Of a stretch of DNA of 64,000 bases, positions 40,675 to 50,631 are shown piece by piece. Position 1 is the first letter of the stretch; each line of letters opens with the position of its first letter. The notes below the pieces were generated by a model that saw nothing but the letters and a program-made list of their open reading frames with translations, was not told the DNA's origin and searched no databases. A program made the translations under genes and the position numbers. The stretch is from Nitrospinales bacterium (GTDB lineage Bacteria > Nitrospinota > Nitrospinia > Nitrospinales > JAJDAT01), in NCBI GenBank assembly GCA_046757665.1, contig JBHHYO010000005.1:1-64000 (forward strand), written 5' to 3'.

Positions 40675-41228
40675 AAGTCGAACCCACATCCCTCGAAGGC
40701 GTGTTACTGATTCATCCCCGGGTTTTCCGCGACCCGCGCGGGCTGTTCCTGGAAAGCTATACCAAGAAGAAGTACCAGGACATCGGCATCGGCGTGGAGT
40801 TTGTCCAGGACAACCATTCCGTATCGGAGAAAAACGTCGTCCGCGGGCTTCATTACCAGGCGCGCAACGCCCAGGACAAACTGGTGCGGGTGACGAAGGG
40901 GGAAATTTTCGACGTCGCCGTGGACCTGCGGCCCGGGTCGCCGACGTTCGGGAAATGGACCGGGCACCGGCTCTCCGCCGACAACATGCTACAAATGTTC
41001 ATCCCCGCCGGGTTAGCGCACGGCTTTGCCGTCCTGAGCGACATCGCCGAACTCCAGTACAAATGCTCCGATTATTATTCCCCCGCCGACGAACGCGGCA
41101 TCATCTGGAACGACCCGGACCTTGCCATCGACTGGCCCGTTGACGATCCGATTCTTTCCGAGAAAGACAGCCGCTACCCCCGCCTGCGTGACCTGTTCGA
41201 TTTGCAACAACCGCCTCTCAAGACTTGA
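40671..41228 (+). CDS. rmlC: dTDP-4-dehydrorhamnose 3,5-epimerase
   Basis: DPRGLF, FVQDNHS, RGLHYQ, DVAVDLRPGSPTFG, AHGF, WNDPDL. Confidence 0.95.
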   Translation: MKVEPTSLEGVLLIHPRVFRDPRGLFLESYTKKKYQDIGIGVEFVQDNHSVSEKNVVRGLHYQARNAQDKLVRVTKGEIFDVAVDLRPGSPTFGKWTGHRLSADNMLQMFIPAGLAHGFAVLSDIAELQYKCSDYYSPADERGIIWNDPDLAIDWPVDDPILSEKDSRYPRLRDLFDLQQPPLKT

Positions 41229-41229
41229 G

Positions 41230-42243
41230 TCAGAACTGTTTCAGGAACCGCAGGTCATTTTCAAAAAATAATCGAATGTCGTTGATGCCGAATTTAAGCA
41301 TGGCGATGCGTTCGATGCCCAGCCCGAAAGCGAAGCCGGTCCATTTTTCGGGATCGTAATTCACCGCCTGAAACACGGCGGGGTCCACCATGCCGGCGCC
41401 CAGGATTTCCAGCCAGCCCGTGTTCGAGCAGACCCGGCACCCCGTGCCGGAACACATGACGCATTGAATATCCACCTCGGCGCTGGGGCTGGTGAAAGGA
41501 AAAAAACTGGGCCGGAACCGCAGGGCCGTTTGCTCTCCGAAAATCCGGTGAAGGAATATCTCCATGACGCCCTTGAGGTCGCTGAAGGAAACATTCTCGT
41601 CCACCATCAGCCCTTCGATCTGGTGGAACATGGGCGTGTGCGAAACGTCCGAATCGCAACGGTAAACCTTGCCGGGGGCAATGATGCGCAGGGGCGGCGA
41701 CTGGCGCTCCATCGTGTGAATCTGCACCGGTGAGGTGTGGGTCCGCAGGAGGGCCGAGCCGCCGATGTAAAACGTGTCCTGCATGTCCCGAGCCGGATGG
41801 TCGGGAGGAATGTTGAGAGCCTCGAAATTATAATAATCGCTTTCGATTTCCGGACCTTCCTCCACCTGAAATCCCAAACCAAAAAACACCTCTATGATCT
41901 CATCCATCACCTGGGTGATGGGATGCAGTGAGCCGGCGGTTTCCTTTCTGCCCGGCAGGCTGATGTCGAACGCGCCTTCTTCTCCGGCCGCGACGGATTG
42001 GCGCGTCAGTTCCCGCGTCTTTTCCTGGAGCCGGGTTTCGACCCGTTGCTTGAAGGTGTTGATATGTTTCCCCAGCAGGGGTTTTTCCTCGGGCGGCACC
42101 TCGCGCAAGCCTTTCATCATCGAGGGAATGCACCCCTTGCGGCCCAGATACTCGGTTTTCAACTGCTTGATTTCGTCGAGGGAGGACGCCCCGGCGATAG
42201 CCGAGTCGAATCGGGTCTGATGTTTTTTCAGGGTTTCGATCAT
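41230..42243 (-). CDS. pheS: Phenylalanine--tRNA ligase alpha subunit
   Basis: HPARDMQDTF, LRTHTSPVQ, HTPMFHQIEG, FPFTSPS, GFAFGLGIER. Confidence 0.97.
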   Translation of the reverse strand: MIETLKKHQTRFDSAIAGASSLDEIKQLKTEYLGRKGCIPSMMKGLREVPPEEKPLLGKHINTFKQRVETRLQEKTRELTRQSVAAGEEGAFDISLPGRKETAGSLHPITQVMDEIIEVFFGLGFQVEEGPEIESDYYNFEALNIPPDHPARDMQDTFYIGGSALLRTHTSPVQIHTMERQSPPLRIIAPGKVYRCDSDVSHTPMFHQIEGLMVDENVSFSDLKGVMEIFLHRIFGEQTALRFRPSFFPFTSPSAEVDIQCVMCSGTGCRVCSNTGWLEILGAGMVDPAVFQAVNYDPEKWTGFAFGLGIERIAMLKFGINDIRLFFENDLRFLKQF

Positions 42244-42300
42244 GGGAGGCCGGGACGCCGGTCACCCGGCCGGCGGATGTTTCGGTGGGTCGTTTCGCCG

Positions 42301-42663
42301 CTAACCGGCGGCGATTTTCACACGCGCGGTTTCCAGCAGGGTTTTGAAGGAATCTTCATTCCGGATCGCCAGATCGGACAACACTTTCCGGTCCAATTCG
42401 ATCTCCGCCAGTTTCAAGCCGTGCATGAACTGGCTGTAGGTCAACCCGCCCTGTCGGGCGGCGGCGTTGATTCGGGCGATCCACAGGCGGCGGAAATCAC
42501 GTTTCCTGGCGCGCCGGTCACGGTAGGCATAACACAAGGCCTTTTCCACCGTCTCCCGCGCCGCGCGGTAATGTTTGCGGCGAGCGCCGCGAAACCCCTT
42601 GGCGAGCTTTAAGATTTTCTTTCTCCGGTTCCTCGCCACCGTTCCATTGACAGCTCTTGGCAT
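42301..42663 (-). CDS. rplT: 50S ribosomal protein L20
   Basis: [40 protein letters not shown]. Confidence 0.98.
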   Translation of the reverse strand: MPRAVNGTVARNRRKKILKLAKGFRGARRKHYRAARETVEKALCYAYRDRRARKRDFRRLWIARINAAARQGGLTYSQFMHGLKLAEIELDRKVLSDLAIRNEDSFKTLLETARVKIAAG

Positions 42664-42690
42664 GAATCTTTTCTCCTGGTAAAGACTGCT

Positions 42691-42885
42691 TTAATGAGGC
42701 AGTAGTATTTTCATTCGTTTTTGGTCGCCGGACCCCATGGTCCTGGATTTTCTCAGGTTTCGCTTCCGCTTCGTGGTCTTGCTACTGAGGATGTGGCTTC
42801 TGAAAGCGGAAAACCGTTTGATCTTCCCCGTTCCGGTTTTCTTGAAGCGCTTGGCGGCGCCGCGGTTCGTTTTCATCTTTGGCAT
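42691..42885 (-). CDS. rpmI: 50S ribosomal protein L35
   Basis: [25 protein letters not shown]; lies between infC and rplT. Confidence 0.97.
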   Translation of the reverse strand: MPKMKTNRGAAKRFKKTGTGKIKRFSAFRSHILSSKTTKRKRNLRKSRTMGSGDQKRMKILLPH

Positions 42886-42964
42886 GTCTGGCCTCTTTCG
42901 ATTTAAAACCGGCGGTGCGCCGCCGGGTTCTTGTGTTTTTGGTTGATAACGCCGCCAACGCGCT

Positions 42965-43486
42965 TCAGGGTTTCTTTTTCTTGGCCTTCGGCGCAAGCAC
43001 CATGACCAGAGTGCGCCCCTCTTTCTTGGCCGGTTGTTCGATAACCCCGACGTCCTCAATGGCCGCGGCAACACGCTCCAGAATCTTTACCCCCTGTTCC
43101 GGATGAATGATTTCACGGCCCTTGAAAAAAATCACGACCTTGGCTTTGTCGCCCTGCTCCAGAAACCGCTGTACGTGTTTCAGTTTGAAATCGTAATCAT
43201 GGTCGTCCGTCTTGGGCCGGAACTTGACCTCCTTGAGGTGAACGACTTTTTGATTCTTCTTCGCTTCGTGCGCCCGTTTGCTTTGCTTGTATTTGAATTT
43301 GCCGTAATCCATGATCTTGCAGACGGGAGGGTTGGCGAATGGCGCAACTTCCACCAGGTCCAGGCTTTGTTCCCGCGCCATGTTCAAGGCGTCGCGGGTC
43401 GAAAAAACCCCCATGGGCTCTCCCTCGTCACTGATAACAGTCACTTCCTTAACGCGGATCATGGAATTGATGCGTTGTTTTTTAAT
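42965..43486 (-). CDS. infC: Translation initiation factor IF-3 (AUU start)
   Basis: [38 protein letters not shown] then ATT at 43486 giving (M)[10 protein letters not shown]. Confidence 0.96.
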   Translation of the reverse strand: MKKQRINSMIRVKEVTVISDEGEPMGVFSTRDALNMAREQSLDLVEVAPFANPPVCKIMDYGKFKYKQSKRAHEAKKNQKVVHLKEVKFRPKTDDHDYDFKLKHVQRFLEQGDKAKVVIFFKGREIIHPEQGVKILERVAAAIEDVGVIEQPAKKEGRTLVMVLAPKAKKKKP

Positions 43487-43559
43487 AAAACCTCCTTCGA
43501 TATCCCGCCATTGCGGCTATGTGTTTCAATCCGTTCCTCCCTCGTTGATTGTCATTTTT

Positions 43560-45302
43560 CTAAACCTTGTCTTGAATCTCGCTGTGCAACTCACTCATAA
43601 AAGCGTCGAGGTCCAGAGTCCGGGTTTCCTTGGAGCGGCGTCTTCTCGCCGCAACGGTTTGCGATTCGACTTCTTTTTCTCCCAGAACCAGCATATAGGG
43701 AATCTTGGCGATTTGAGCTTCTCTAATTTTGAAGCCAATCTTTTCATTTCGCAAGTCTTTTTCGACGCGAATATCCGCCTTGGCCAGCCGTTGCCGGATT
43801 TTTTCCGCATAATCGTGCTGTTTGTCCGTAATGGGAAGCAGAATCACCTGCACCGGAGCCAGCCACAAGGGAAACGCCCCGGCATAATGCTCGATGAGGC
43901 AACCGAAAAACCGCTCGATCGACCCCATCAGGGCACGGTGAATCATGATCGGGCGGTGCGGTCGGCTGTCCTCGCCAATGTAACTGATTTCAAACCGCTG
44001 GGGAAGGTTGAAATCCACCTGAATCGTGGAAACCTGCCAGTACCGGCCCAGGCTGTCCTTGATTTTGATGTCGATTTTAGGCCCGTAAAATACGCCCTCA
44101 CCGGGGTCCACCTGGTAATCGAGCTTGATCTTCTCCAAACCGTTCTTGAGGGCGGCAGTGGCCCGCTCCCACTCCTCTTCCGAGCCAACGAACTTTTCCG
44201 GCCGGGTGCTCAGATACACTTTGTATTCGTCAAACCCGAATGCCTTGAGGATGAACAGCACAAAGTCGATGACCTTGACAATTTCATCCTCCAGCTGGTC
44301 CGGACGGCAGAACAGATGCGCGTCGTCCTGGGTGAACCCGCGCACCCGCAACAGCCCGTGCAGGACGCCGGAGCGCTCGTACCGGTAAACCGTCCCCAGT
44401 TCCGCCCAGCGCAAGGGCAGGTCGCGGTAGCTCCGCAAACCCGTCTTGTAAATCTGGATATGAAACGGGCAGTTCATCGGCTTGAGAATGTACTCCTTGC
44501 CCTCGACCTCCATGCCGGAGAACATGTTGTCCTTGTAAAAATCCGTATGCCCGCTGGTGTGCCACAGATCGATTTTTGCGGTATGGGGGCTGGCGACTAG
44601 GTCATAGCCGTTCCGGTAATGTTCCTTTTTCCAGAATTCCTCGATCAGGTAACGCACCCGGGCGCCCTTGGGATGCCACAGGATAAGGCCGGGGCCGACC
44701 TCTTCCGAAACGGTGTACAGGTCCAGCTCCTTGCCCAGTTTGCGGTGGTCCCGTTTCTTGGCTTCTTCCAGCCGGTTCAGGTACGCCTTGAGTTCTTTCG
44801 GGTTGTGCCAGCAGGTGCCGTAAATCCTTTGCAGACCCGCCTTGGTTTCATCGCCGCGCCAGTAGGATGCCGACGTGTGCAGTAACTTGAACGCCTTGAT
44901 GAATTTCGTGGAAGGCACGTGCGGCCCCTCGCACAGGTCGGTGAACTCGCCCTGGCTGTAAGTCGAAACCACGTCGCTGTCGATGCCGTCGAGAATTTCT
45001 TTTTTGAACGGTTCGCCCGCTTCCTCGAAAAACTGGTATGCCTTTTCCTTGCTGATCTCCCGGCGCTCGATTTCCAGTCCCTGCTTGGCGATTTCCCGCA
45101 TCCGGTTTTCGATTTTTTCCAGATCTTCGGGGACAAAGGGCGTGTCCCGCTGAAAATCGTAGTAAAACCCGTCCTCGATGGTCGGGCCGATGGTCAGCCG
45201 GGTTTCCGGAAACAACTGTTTCACCGCCTGCGCCATTAAATGGGCGGCGCTGTGCCGAAGAGTATCCAGATCGATGCTATTTGGGTTGACGTTTTGTTTC
45301 AT
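43560..45302 (-). CDS. thrS: Threonine--tRNA ligase (short form)
   Basis: LRHSAAHL, DLCEGPH, RDHRKLG, KPMNCPFH, RVRGFTQDDAH, FYGPKID, HRALMGSIERF. Confidence 0.97.
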   Translation of the reverse strand: MKQNVNPNSIDLDTLRHSAAHLMAQAVKQLFPETRLTIGPTIEDGFYYDFQRDTPFVPEDLEKIENRMREIAKQGLEIERREISKEKAYQFFEEAGEPFKKEILDGIDSDVVSTYSQGEFTDLCEGPHVPSTKFIKAFKLLHTSASYWRGDETKAGLQRIYGTCWHNPKELKAYLNRLEEAKKRDHRKLGKELDLYTVSEEVGPGLILWHPKGARVRYLIEEFWKKEHYRNGYDLVASPHTAKIDLWHTSGHTDFYKDNMFSGMEVEGKEYILKPMNCPFHIQIYKTGLRSYRDLPLRWAELGTVYRYERSGVLHGLLRVRGFTQDDAHLFCRPDQLEDEIVKVIDFVLFILKAFGFDEYKVYLSTRPEKFVGSEEEWERATAALKNGLEKIKLDYQVDPGEGVFYGPKIDIKIKDSLGRYWQVSTIQVDFNLPQRFEISYIGEDSRPHRPIMIHRALMGSIERFFGCLIEHYAGAFPLWLAPVQVILLPITDKQHDYAEKIRQRLAKADIRVEKDLRNEKIGFKIREAQIAKIPYMLVLGEKEVESQTVAARRRRSKETRTLDLDAFMSELHSEIQDKV

Positions 45303-45326
45303 AACAAAATTGTTCAAAGACCCGTT

Positions 45327-45363
45327 AAAAAAAAGGGCATCATGAGGATGGCGCATGATGCCC
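45327..45363 (-). terminator. Rho-independent terminator-like hairpin between tRNA-Val and thrS
   Basis: Minus strand GGGCATCATG-loop-CATGATGCCC (10-bp stem) followed by T8. Confidence 0.75.
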
Positions 45364-45418
45364 GAGCCTGATCACGACCAAATTTGTATGCTGTAACCGT
45401 AACGGTTAACGATGGCAA

Positions 45419-45490
45419 TAGGCACGGGCGGTTTCGAACCGCCGACCCCTTGCATGTCAAGCAAGTACTCTACCCCTGAGCTACGCGCCT
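45419..45490 (-). tRNA. tRNA-Val(GAC), CCA not encoded
   Basis: AGGCGCG/CGTGCCT acceptor stem, TAGCTCAG..GGTAGAG D arm, CTTGC-TTGACAT-GCAAG anticodon arm, GGTTCGAAA T loop. Confidence 0.95.
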
Positions 45491-45507
45491 GTTTTTCATA
45501 TTCTCCT

Positions 45508-45535
45508 ATTCTATTTCGCGGCGCGGATTTGTCAA
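45508..45535 (-). promoter_or_regulatory. Sigma70-type promoter for tRNA-Val/thrS
   Basis: Minus strand TTGACA-N16-TAGAAT, 17 nt upstream of the tRNA. Confidence 0.65.
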
Positions 45536-45728
45536 GAAGAAAGACGCGGCGCAAACCCGTCTCCCGCCTCACCGGAAAATTTCGACAACGGCGGATTTTG
45601 TGGTACCATGGCCGAGACGGTCGATGCCGGAATCATCCGGCGCCCGTCGCGGCGGGCGACAGCCTGCCCCGCATGTGCGGTTCGTCCGTGTCCGAACAAC
45701 ATCCCGTTTGCCTTCCTTCGAGTCAACC

Positions 45729-47168
45729 ATGAGACGCACCCTCAACAAACTGGCCGACGACCTGATCCGGGAAGCCCGCGCCCCATTCACCGCGGAGGAT
45801 TTCCTGCGCCGCATCCAGGCTCGCTGGGGCCGGAAAATTTCCGCGTCCACGCTGGACCGGCTCAAAAAAAACCTGCCGCAACACCAGGGCCTGATCGGTA
45901 TGGAGTCCGATGACTTTCTGCCGTGCCGCGCCGTGCTGGAAAAAATGGGCCATATCCCCCTGGCCGTTCCCCTCAGCCCGCTGGAACTGCAAGAGCAAAT
46001 TTTGATCCCCGGTTGCCGCCTGATCCCGCTCCTCTCGGGCGAACTGTCCGAAGACCGCTTGACGTTTCTCGACGGCCGGGGGAACAAAATCCCCAAACGG
46101 CAACAAACGTTTTTACTGGAAGAAGTCTTCGATTTTTACCGCTACTCGAACGAACAGCACTTTCCCGAACCCATCAAGATCAATGAATGGATTCCCGGCA
46201 AGAGTTCGCTGACGGTGACGGTTTGGAACATGCGCGAAGTGTTTGCCGACTTTCACTGCCGTCCGGGAGACAGTCTGCTGGCGGAGCTGGCGGATTACGG
46301 CCGCGGCGTCTTTCGCCTGCGCCCCTACCCCGCCGGGCTGGAACGCCGGCACCGGCTGAAAATGCGCTCCCTGCATGTCCGCCTGGAGGAGATGTTGATT
46401 CACCTGAGCCGCCGTTACGACTTCTCTTCCGACAGCATGGAAAAACAACTGTTGCGCGCCTTTTACAATCTGCAAGCGGCGGATTTGCAAGTCCCCGCGT
46501 TTTCCCTGAACCGGTTTCTCGACTTCCTGGAAAAACTGTCCGTCGTCGGCAGTGAGTGGGGCTATCCCCGATTCATGCCCGCCGGCAAATTCAAGCGCTG
46601 GGAACTGTCCCTGGAGCTGGCCCCAAAAAAACTCGCCGGGCGATGCAACTCCCTCAATCAAATTCTGGAAGACCTGGGGATGCCCTTTGACGCCGCCGAG
46701 TTCCGGGCCATCCTGCGCAGCACAATCGCCAGGAACGACGATATGGAACTGCTGGTCGATCTTTTGTTCGGCGGCAAGGGAGACCTGTTTTGCAACAAAA
46801 AACAGGAAACCGCCTTTTACCGGCTTCTCAGAAAAATGATGACCGCCCTGCACCAGGAGGTCGAAAGCCCCGAACTGCGAATCGTCTCCGAACTCAGGCG
46901 AAAAACCGTGCAGGTGAAACTGGGTTTGATCCGCATCCTCAAAATCCTGGAAGTCAACGACCTGGACCTGGCCGACCTGCCGCTGGACCTGCTGGACCAG
47001 GTGATTGACCTGGACAGCTTCTGCGTCGAAACCCTGTATTTTCTGGAGGAGCATGGAAGGCCCATGGACCTGAAAACGATCCGCGACATCCAGCAGGCCC
47101 ACAAAATCATCGGCCCCAAACTGGCGGCCCTGGAAGAAGACGTGCTCTACGAACTGGGAATCGACTGA
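45729..47168 (+). CDS. Hypothetical protein (479 aa)
   Basis: Long ORF with host-like GC3 codon usage; no motif recognised. Confidence 0.75.
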   Translation: MRRTLNKLADDLIREARAPFTAEDFLRRIQARWGRKISASTLDRLKKNLPQHQGLIGMESDDFLPCRAVLEKMGHIPLAVPLSPLELQEQILIPGCRLIPLLSGELSEDRLTFLDGRGNKIPKRQQTFLLEEVFDFYRYSNEQHFPEPIKINEWIPGKSSLTVTVWNMREVFADFHCRPGDSLLAELADYGRGVFRLRPYPAGLERRHRLKMRSLHVRLEEMLIHLSRRYDFSSDSMEKQLLRAFYNLQAADLQVPAFSLNRFLDFLEKLSVVGSEWGYPRFMPAGKFKRWELSLELAPKKLAGRCNSLNQILEDLGMPFDAAEFRAILRSTIARNDDMELLVDLLFGGKGDLFCNKKQETAFYRLLRKMMTALHQEVESPELRIVSELRRKTVQVKLGLIRILKILEVNDLDLADLPLDLLDQVIDLDSFCVETLYFLEEHGRPMDLKTIRDIQQAHKIIGPKLAALEEDVLYELGID

Positions 47169-47190
47169 CTCCCCAGCACACCGTTTTCTT

Positions 47191-49989
47191 CTAAATCTTA
47201 TTACACTTACCCAAAATCTCAGCAATGTCCGAAGGCGCAAACGAGACGCCCCACATCCATTTGCCAAACCCACCGTGCTGGTTAACAGCCTTCACCCACT
47301 CATCCAACGCATTTCTTTTCGTTTTTTCTTTTTGGGTGTCCTGTCCCTTAACCTCAAGCACAAGCATCTCTCCATTTGTCAGCCGAATCAGGAAATCGGG
47401 CCGGTACTTGTGAACAACTCCTTTATAAACATAATGTATCTCAAAACCGAGATGGTCGTTTTTGACCCACGCCGCAACATTCTTTTTATCATTTTCAATG
47501 TGGAAGGCTTCCGTGGATTCCCACGCGCTGTCAAACACACAAAAATTAATATGCGACCGTTTAGTACGCTCGCACGGCTTTCCTGAATACCAGGGAAGCA
47601 TGTCTCCCGTTGACCGAATCGGGTTTTCGGAATCGAATACGGGAATCAACTCCAGTGAGTTATCAAAATTAATCGTCTCCCAAATATGATGCACCAGATT
47701 AGTCATGCGAAGAATCAAAAGAATTCGCTTTCTCATGGGGTCCTGATTGAACAGAGGAGGGGTGATTTCTACTCTGTCGGAATTGATGAATTTTTCCACC
47801 AGACAGATGACCTGGCCCAGCAAATATTCCCGGTTCCCCTTTTCTTTCCAGCCGGATTTCATTTGGTCAAAGATGCTCGCCGATACTTTGAATATGATCC
47901 TCTGTAGTCGGGATTCCCGCCCTAATTTCTCAAGGGCAATTTGGCTTATTTTGGTTACGTCCGGCTTTCCCGCAATGGTAGGGGCCATTTCCGCCAGTTC
48001 TATGATTTTGCTGGCGTCAATTCGCAAAAGGTCAACCTTTTCCAAGTCAAGTTCCAGTTTCGGCTTGTAAACATGGTTGATCCGGATAATATTCGGCCAG
48101 GATATTTCAAATTCCTTTTTCTCCACAACAGGTTCGATCCTGGTTTTAGGAGTCGGGGGCGGTGGCGGCGGACCGTCGCCTTCCTCATGCGGCAAAAATG
48201 TAAAAGGGACTCCAAAGATATTCACATATTCCGCTTGAAACAAACCATCGGAGCCAACCTCATACGATGTTCTTCTTAACCCGCGCCCTATCACTTGTTC
48301 ACAAAGCAACTGGCTGGAAAACGCTCTCAGTCCCATAATATGCGTGACGGTTTTTGTGTCCCATCCCTCCGAAAGCATTCCCACGGAAATCACGTTTTGT
48401 ATCTTTCCCCCAAGCTTGCCAATATCCCCGATGGTATTAACTTTTTGACGAAGTATTTCCGCCGCTTTCTGTTTGGTTATTTTCGGTTTGAATTTTTCGT
48501 CCGTCCCCTCATCGCCGTCGTCGCCATTAAAAAATACCGGCTCTTCCACTTCCTCCGCTTTTTTTAAGACACTGGAATCAATATGAAGAGTTAAATCCGG
48601 ATTGCATAATTCATCGATATCGATCTTTCCTTTATCGAATGAATATTTTATCCGCGCCGCGGTTTCAGTGCGATTGGCTACCGTAATCATTACGGGAGGA
48701 GCCTCCAGTTTGCTCTTCTTCCAACTTTTTGCCGTTTCCCTCCAATCCAGCCCCAACAAAAGATAGGCATTCAAAACGAGGTCGGGAAGCGGCTCCTGTT
48801 CTTCTGCTTTCTTGTTTAGGCCATCCTTGACTTCATCGGCCATGTAAAGGTGGTACAGTTTGGATTTATACGTTTTGGCGTCGGGGACGGCATCGTCCCG
48901 CACCACCACTCTGGGGGTTTTTACCAGCCCGGATTCAATAGCGTCGTTCAGTCCAAAATCGCTGACAACCCAGGGAAACAAAGCCTCTTCCCGCGCCTGT
49001 TTGCCGGAAGGGGCGAAAGGGGTGGCGGAAAGATCATAACAGGTCAATATCCCCCTGGCCTTATGGATTCGGTCCAGCCCGCCGAGCCACTTGGTAGCCT
49101 CCTCAATTTCTTCCTTCTTCACATCGCGAATCTTCGATTCGGCGGGAACCCGCCAGGCGTGATGGGCTTCGTCGTTAATCACCAAAATGTTGCGGGCATT
49201 GGCCATGTCGCCCAAAACTTCCCGCACATAGGCTTCATCACTTTTAGCTCCCCGCTTATCGACGCCTTTTTTCCTGGCGATTCTTTCTTCCTCTTCCCAG
49301 TTAAGCTTATGCCAGTTGTGAATGCGTATTTTCCCCTGCCGCAGTTTTTCCCGAAGACCCAGCGGAACGATATTAAATTCATCGTAATAATTGCCTTCTC
49401 CCGAATGATGTAAAACCTGCAAACGGCTTTTGACCGTCAGGCCGGGGGCCACGATGAAAACATATTTTGAGAATCGCTTGTCTTGCGGGTAGGTGACTTT
49501 ATTGATGACTTGCCAGGCGATCATCATTGCCATGACAATGGTTTTGCCGGAACCGGTCGCCATCTTGGAGCAAAGGCGGGTGAAAGGACCGCCGTCATCG
49601 GGGACCGCAATCCCCTGCCTTTCCGCCGCCGGGGCTTCATTGAGCCAGATCAGGGTTTCAATGGCTTCCAGTTGGCAGAAGAAGAATTTACGATGATCCC
49701 GCTCCTCCTCATTTCGCCAATGCTCCAGTAGCCTTTTGGTGATGCCGGTAACTCCGGGATACCCCGCCTCCCGCCACGCCTTTATACGGGGTCTGATTTT
49801 ATTAACCAGGGGAAGCTCAATGAATTGGCCGGGATCGTCGAAGGACTTGGAGCCGGGCGTGGCGACTACATATCCGGCGGGCCGCCGCCCTTCTTCCTTG
49901 GAGAATAAACGGGTCTCGCGGTCGTATTTCCAATACCTGGCAGGCTCTTTGTACGGAGAGTTGATAATGAGTTGGTCAATTTGTTTCAC
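47191..49989 (-). CDS. Type III restriction enzyme Res subunit (SF2 helicase plus PD-(D/E)xK nuclease)
   Basis: MATGSGKT Walker A, INDEAHH, LSATP, SEGWD, EQVIGRGLRR, YRPDF...LEVKG. Confidence 0.92.
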   Translation of the reverse strand: MKQIDQLIINSPYKEPARYWKYDRETRLFSKEEGRRPAGYVVATPGSKSFDDPGQFIELPLVNKIRPRIKAWREAGYPGVTGITKRLLEHWRNEEERDHRKFFFCQLEAIETLIWLNEAPAAERQGIAVPDDGGPFTRLCSKMATGSGKTIVMAMMIAWQVINKVTYPQDKRFSKYVFIVAPGLTVKSRLQVLHHSGEGNYYDEFNIVPLGLREKLRQGKIRIHNWHKLNWEEEERIARKKGVDKRGAKSDEAYVREVLGDMANARNILVINDEAHHAWRVPAESKIRDVKKEEIEEATKWLGGLDRIHKARGILTCYDLSATPFAPSGKQAREEALFPWVVSDFGLNDAIESGLVKTPRVVVRDDAVPDAKTYKSKLYHLYMADEVKDGLNKKAEEQEPLPDLVLNAYLLLGLDWRETAKSWKKSKLEAPPVMITVANRTETAARIKYSFDKGKIDIDELCNPDLTLHIDSSVLKKAEEVEEPVFFNGDDGDEGTDEKFKPKITKQKAAEILRQKVNTIGDIGKLGGKIQNVISVGMLSEGWDTKTVTHIMGLRAFSSQLLCEQVIGRGLRRTSYEVGSDGLFQAEYVNIFGVPFTFLPHEEGDGPPPPPPTPKTRIEPVVEKKEFEISWPNIIRINHVYKPKLELDLEKVDLLRIDASKIIELAEMAPTIAGKPDVTKISQIALEKLGRESRLQRIIFKVSASIFDQMKSGWKEKGNREYLLGQVICLVEKFINSDRVEITPPLFNQDPMRKRILLILRMTNLVHHIWETINFDNSLELIPVFDSENPIRSTGDMLPWYSGKPCERTKRSHINFCVFDSAWESTEAFHIENDKKNVAAWVKNDHLGFEIHYVYKGVVHKYRPDFLIRLTNGEMLVLEVKGQDTQKEKTKRNALDEWVKAVNQHGGFGKWMWGVSFAPSDIAEILGKCNKI

Positions 49990-50333
49990 GTTTCTTTGGT
50001 TCGAAGAATTTTTTCAAGTTCATCCGCCAAGGGCGGCAGGTCCTGGATCACCGTATTCCACACCACGTCCAGGTTGATGTCGAAATAGGCATGGATCAGC
50101 CGGTTTCTCATGGTAACGATATTGTCCCAGGGGATACGGGGAAATTTCTCCCGGCATTCCTTGCTCAACCGAGACGCCGCCTCGCCGGTAATTTCAATGG
50201 ACTTGACCAGGGCCAGCGCCAGCATCCTATCCGTGTCAAGCTCTTCCCGGCTCCTGTTGTGGGCAAAGGAAACCGCTTCCCTGGAGGCATCAAGCATGTG
50301 TTGCAGGCGGACCAGGTCCTTCCTATCGCACAT
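49986..50333 (-). CDS. HEPN (HepT/DUF86) ribonuclease toxin
   Basis: ITGEAA, IPW, MRNRLIHAYF (RX4H-x-Y), VVW...DLP. Confidence 0.92.
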   Translation of the reverse strand: MCDRKDLVRLQHMLDASREAVSFAHNRSREELDTDRMLALALVKSIEITGEAASRLSKECREKFPRIPWDNIVTMRNRLIHAYFDINLDVVWNTVIQDLPPLADELEKILRTKET

Positions 50334-50631
50334 ACAGCGCCTCCGCGGATTCCACGACCTCCTTGCGGAAGTACCGGCTCAAGTCCTCGGGCGTTCTCAA
50401 GTCCACTTTTCGCCCGACGATTCCGCCCAGCTCGATTTCCATGCCGGAAAGTTCGATCAGGCCCGGAACGTGGCCGGGCTCGAACTCCACCAGCACGTCA
50501 ACATCGCTTTCCGGACGAAAATTTTCGCCCAGAATCGAGCCAAACAGCGAAAGCTTGCGGATATGATTTCGCTTGCAGAAGGGAGCAACCTTGTCCTGGG
50601 GAATACGGATTTTTTTGCTTGCCGAAATCAT
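50323..50631 (-). CDS. Minimal nucleotidyltransferase (MNT/MntA) antitoxin
   Basis: LFGSILGENFRPESDVDVLVEF (GSX10DXD), GRKVDL. Confidence 0.92.
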   Translation of the reverse strand: MISASKKIRIPQDKVAPFCKRNHIRKLSLFGSILGENFRPESDVDVLVEFEPGHVPGLIELSGMEIELGGIVGRKVDLRTPEDLSRYFRKEVVESAEALYVR

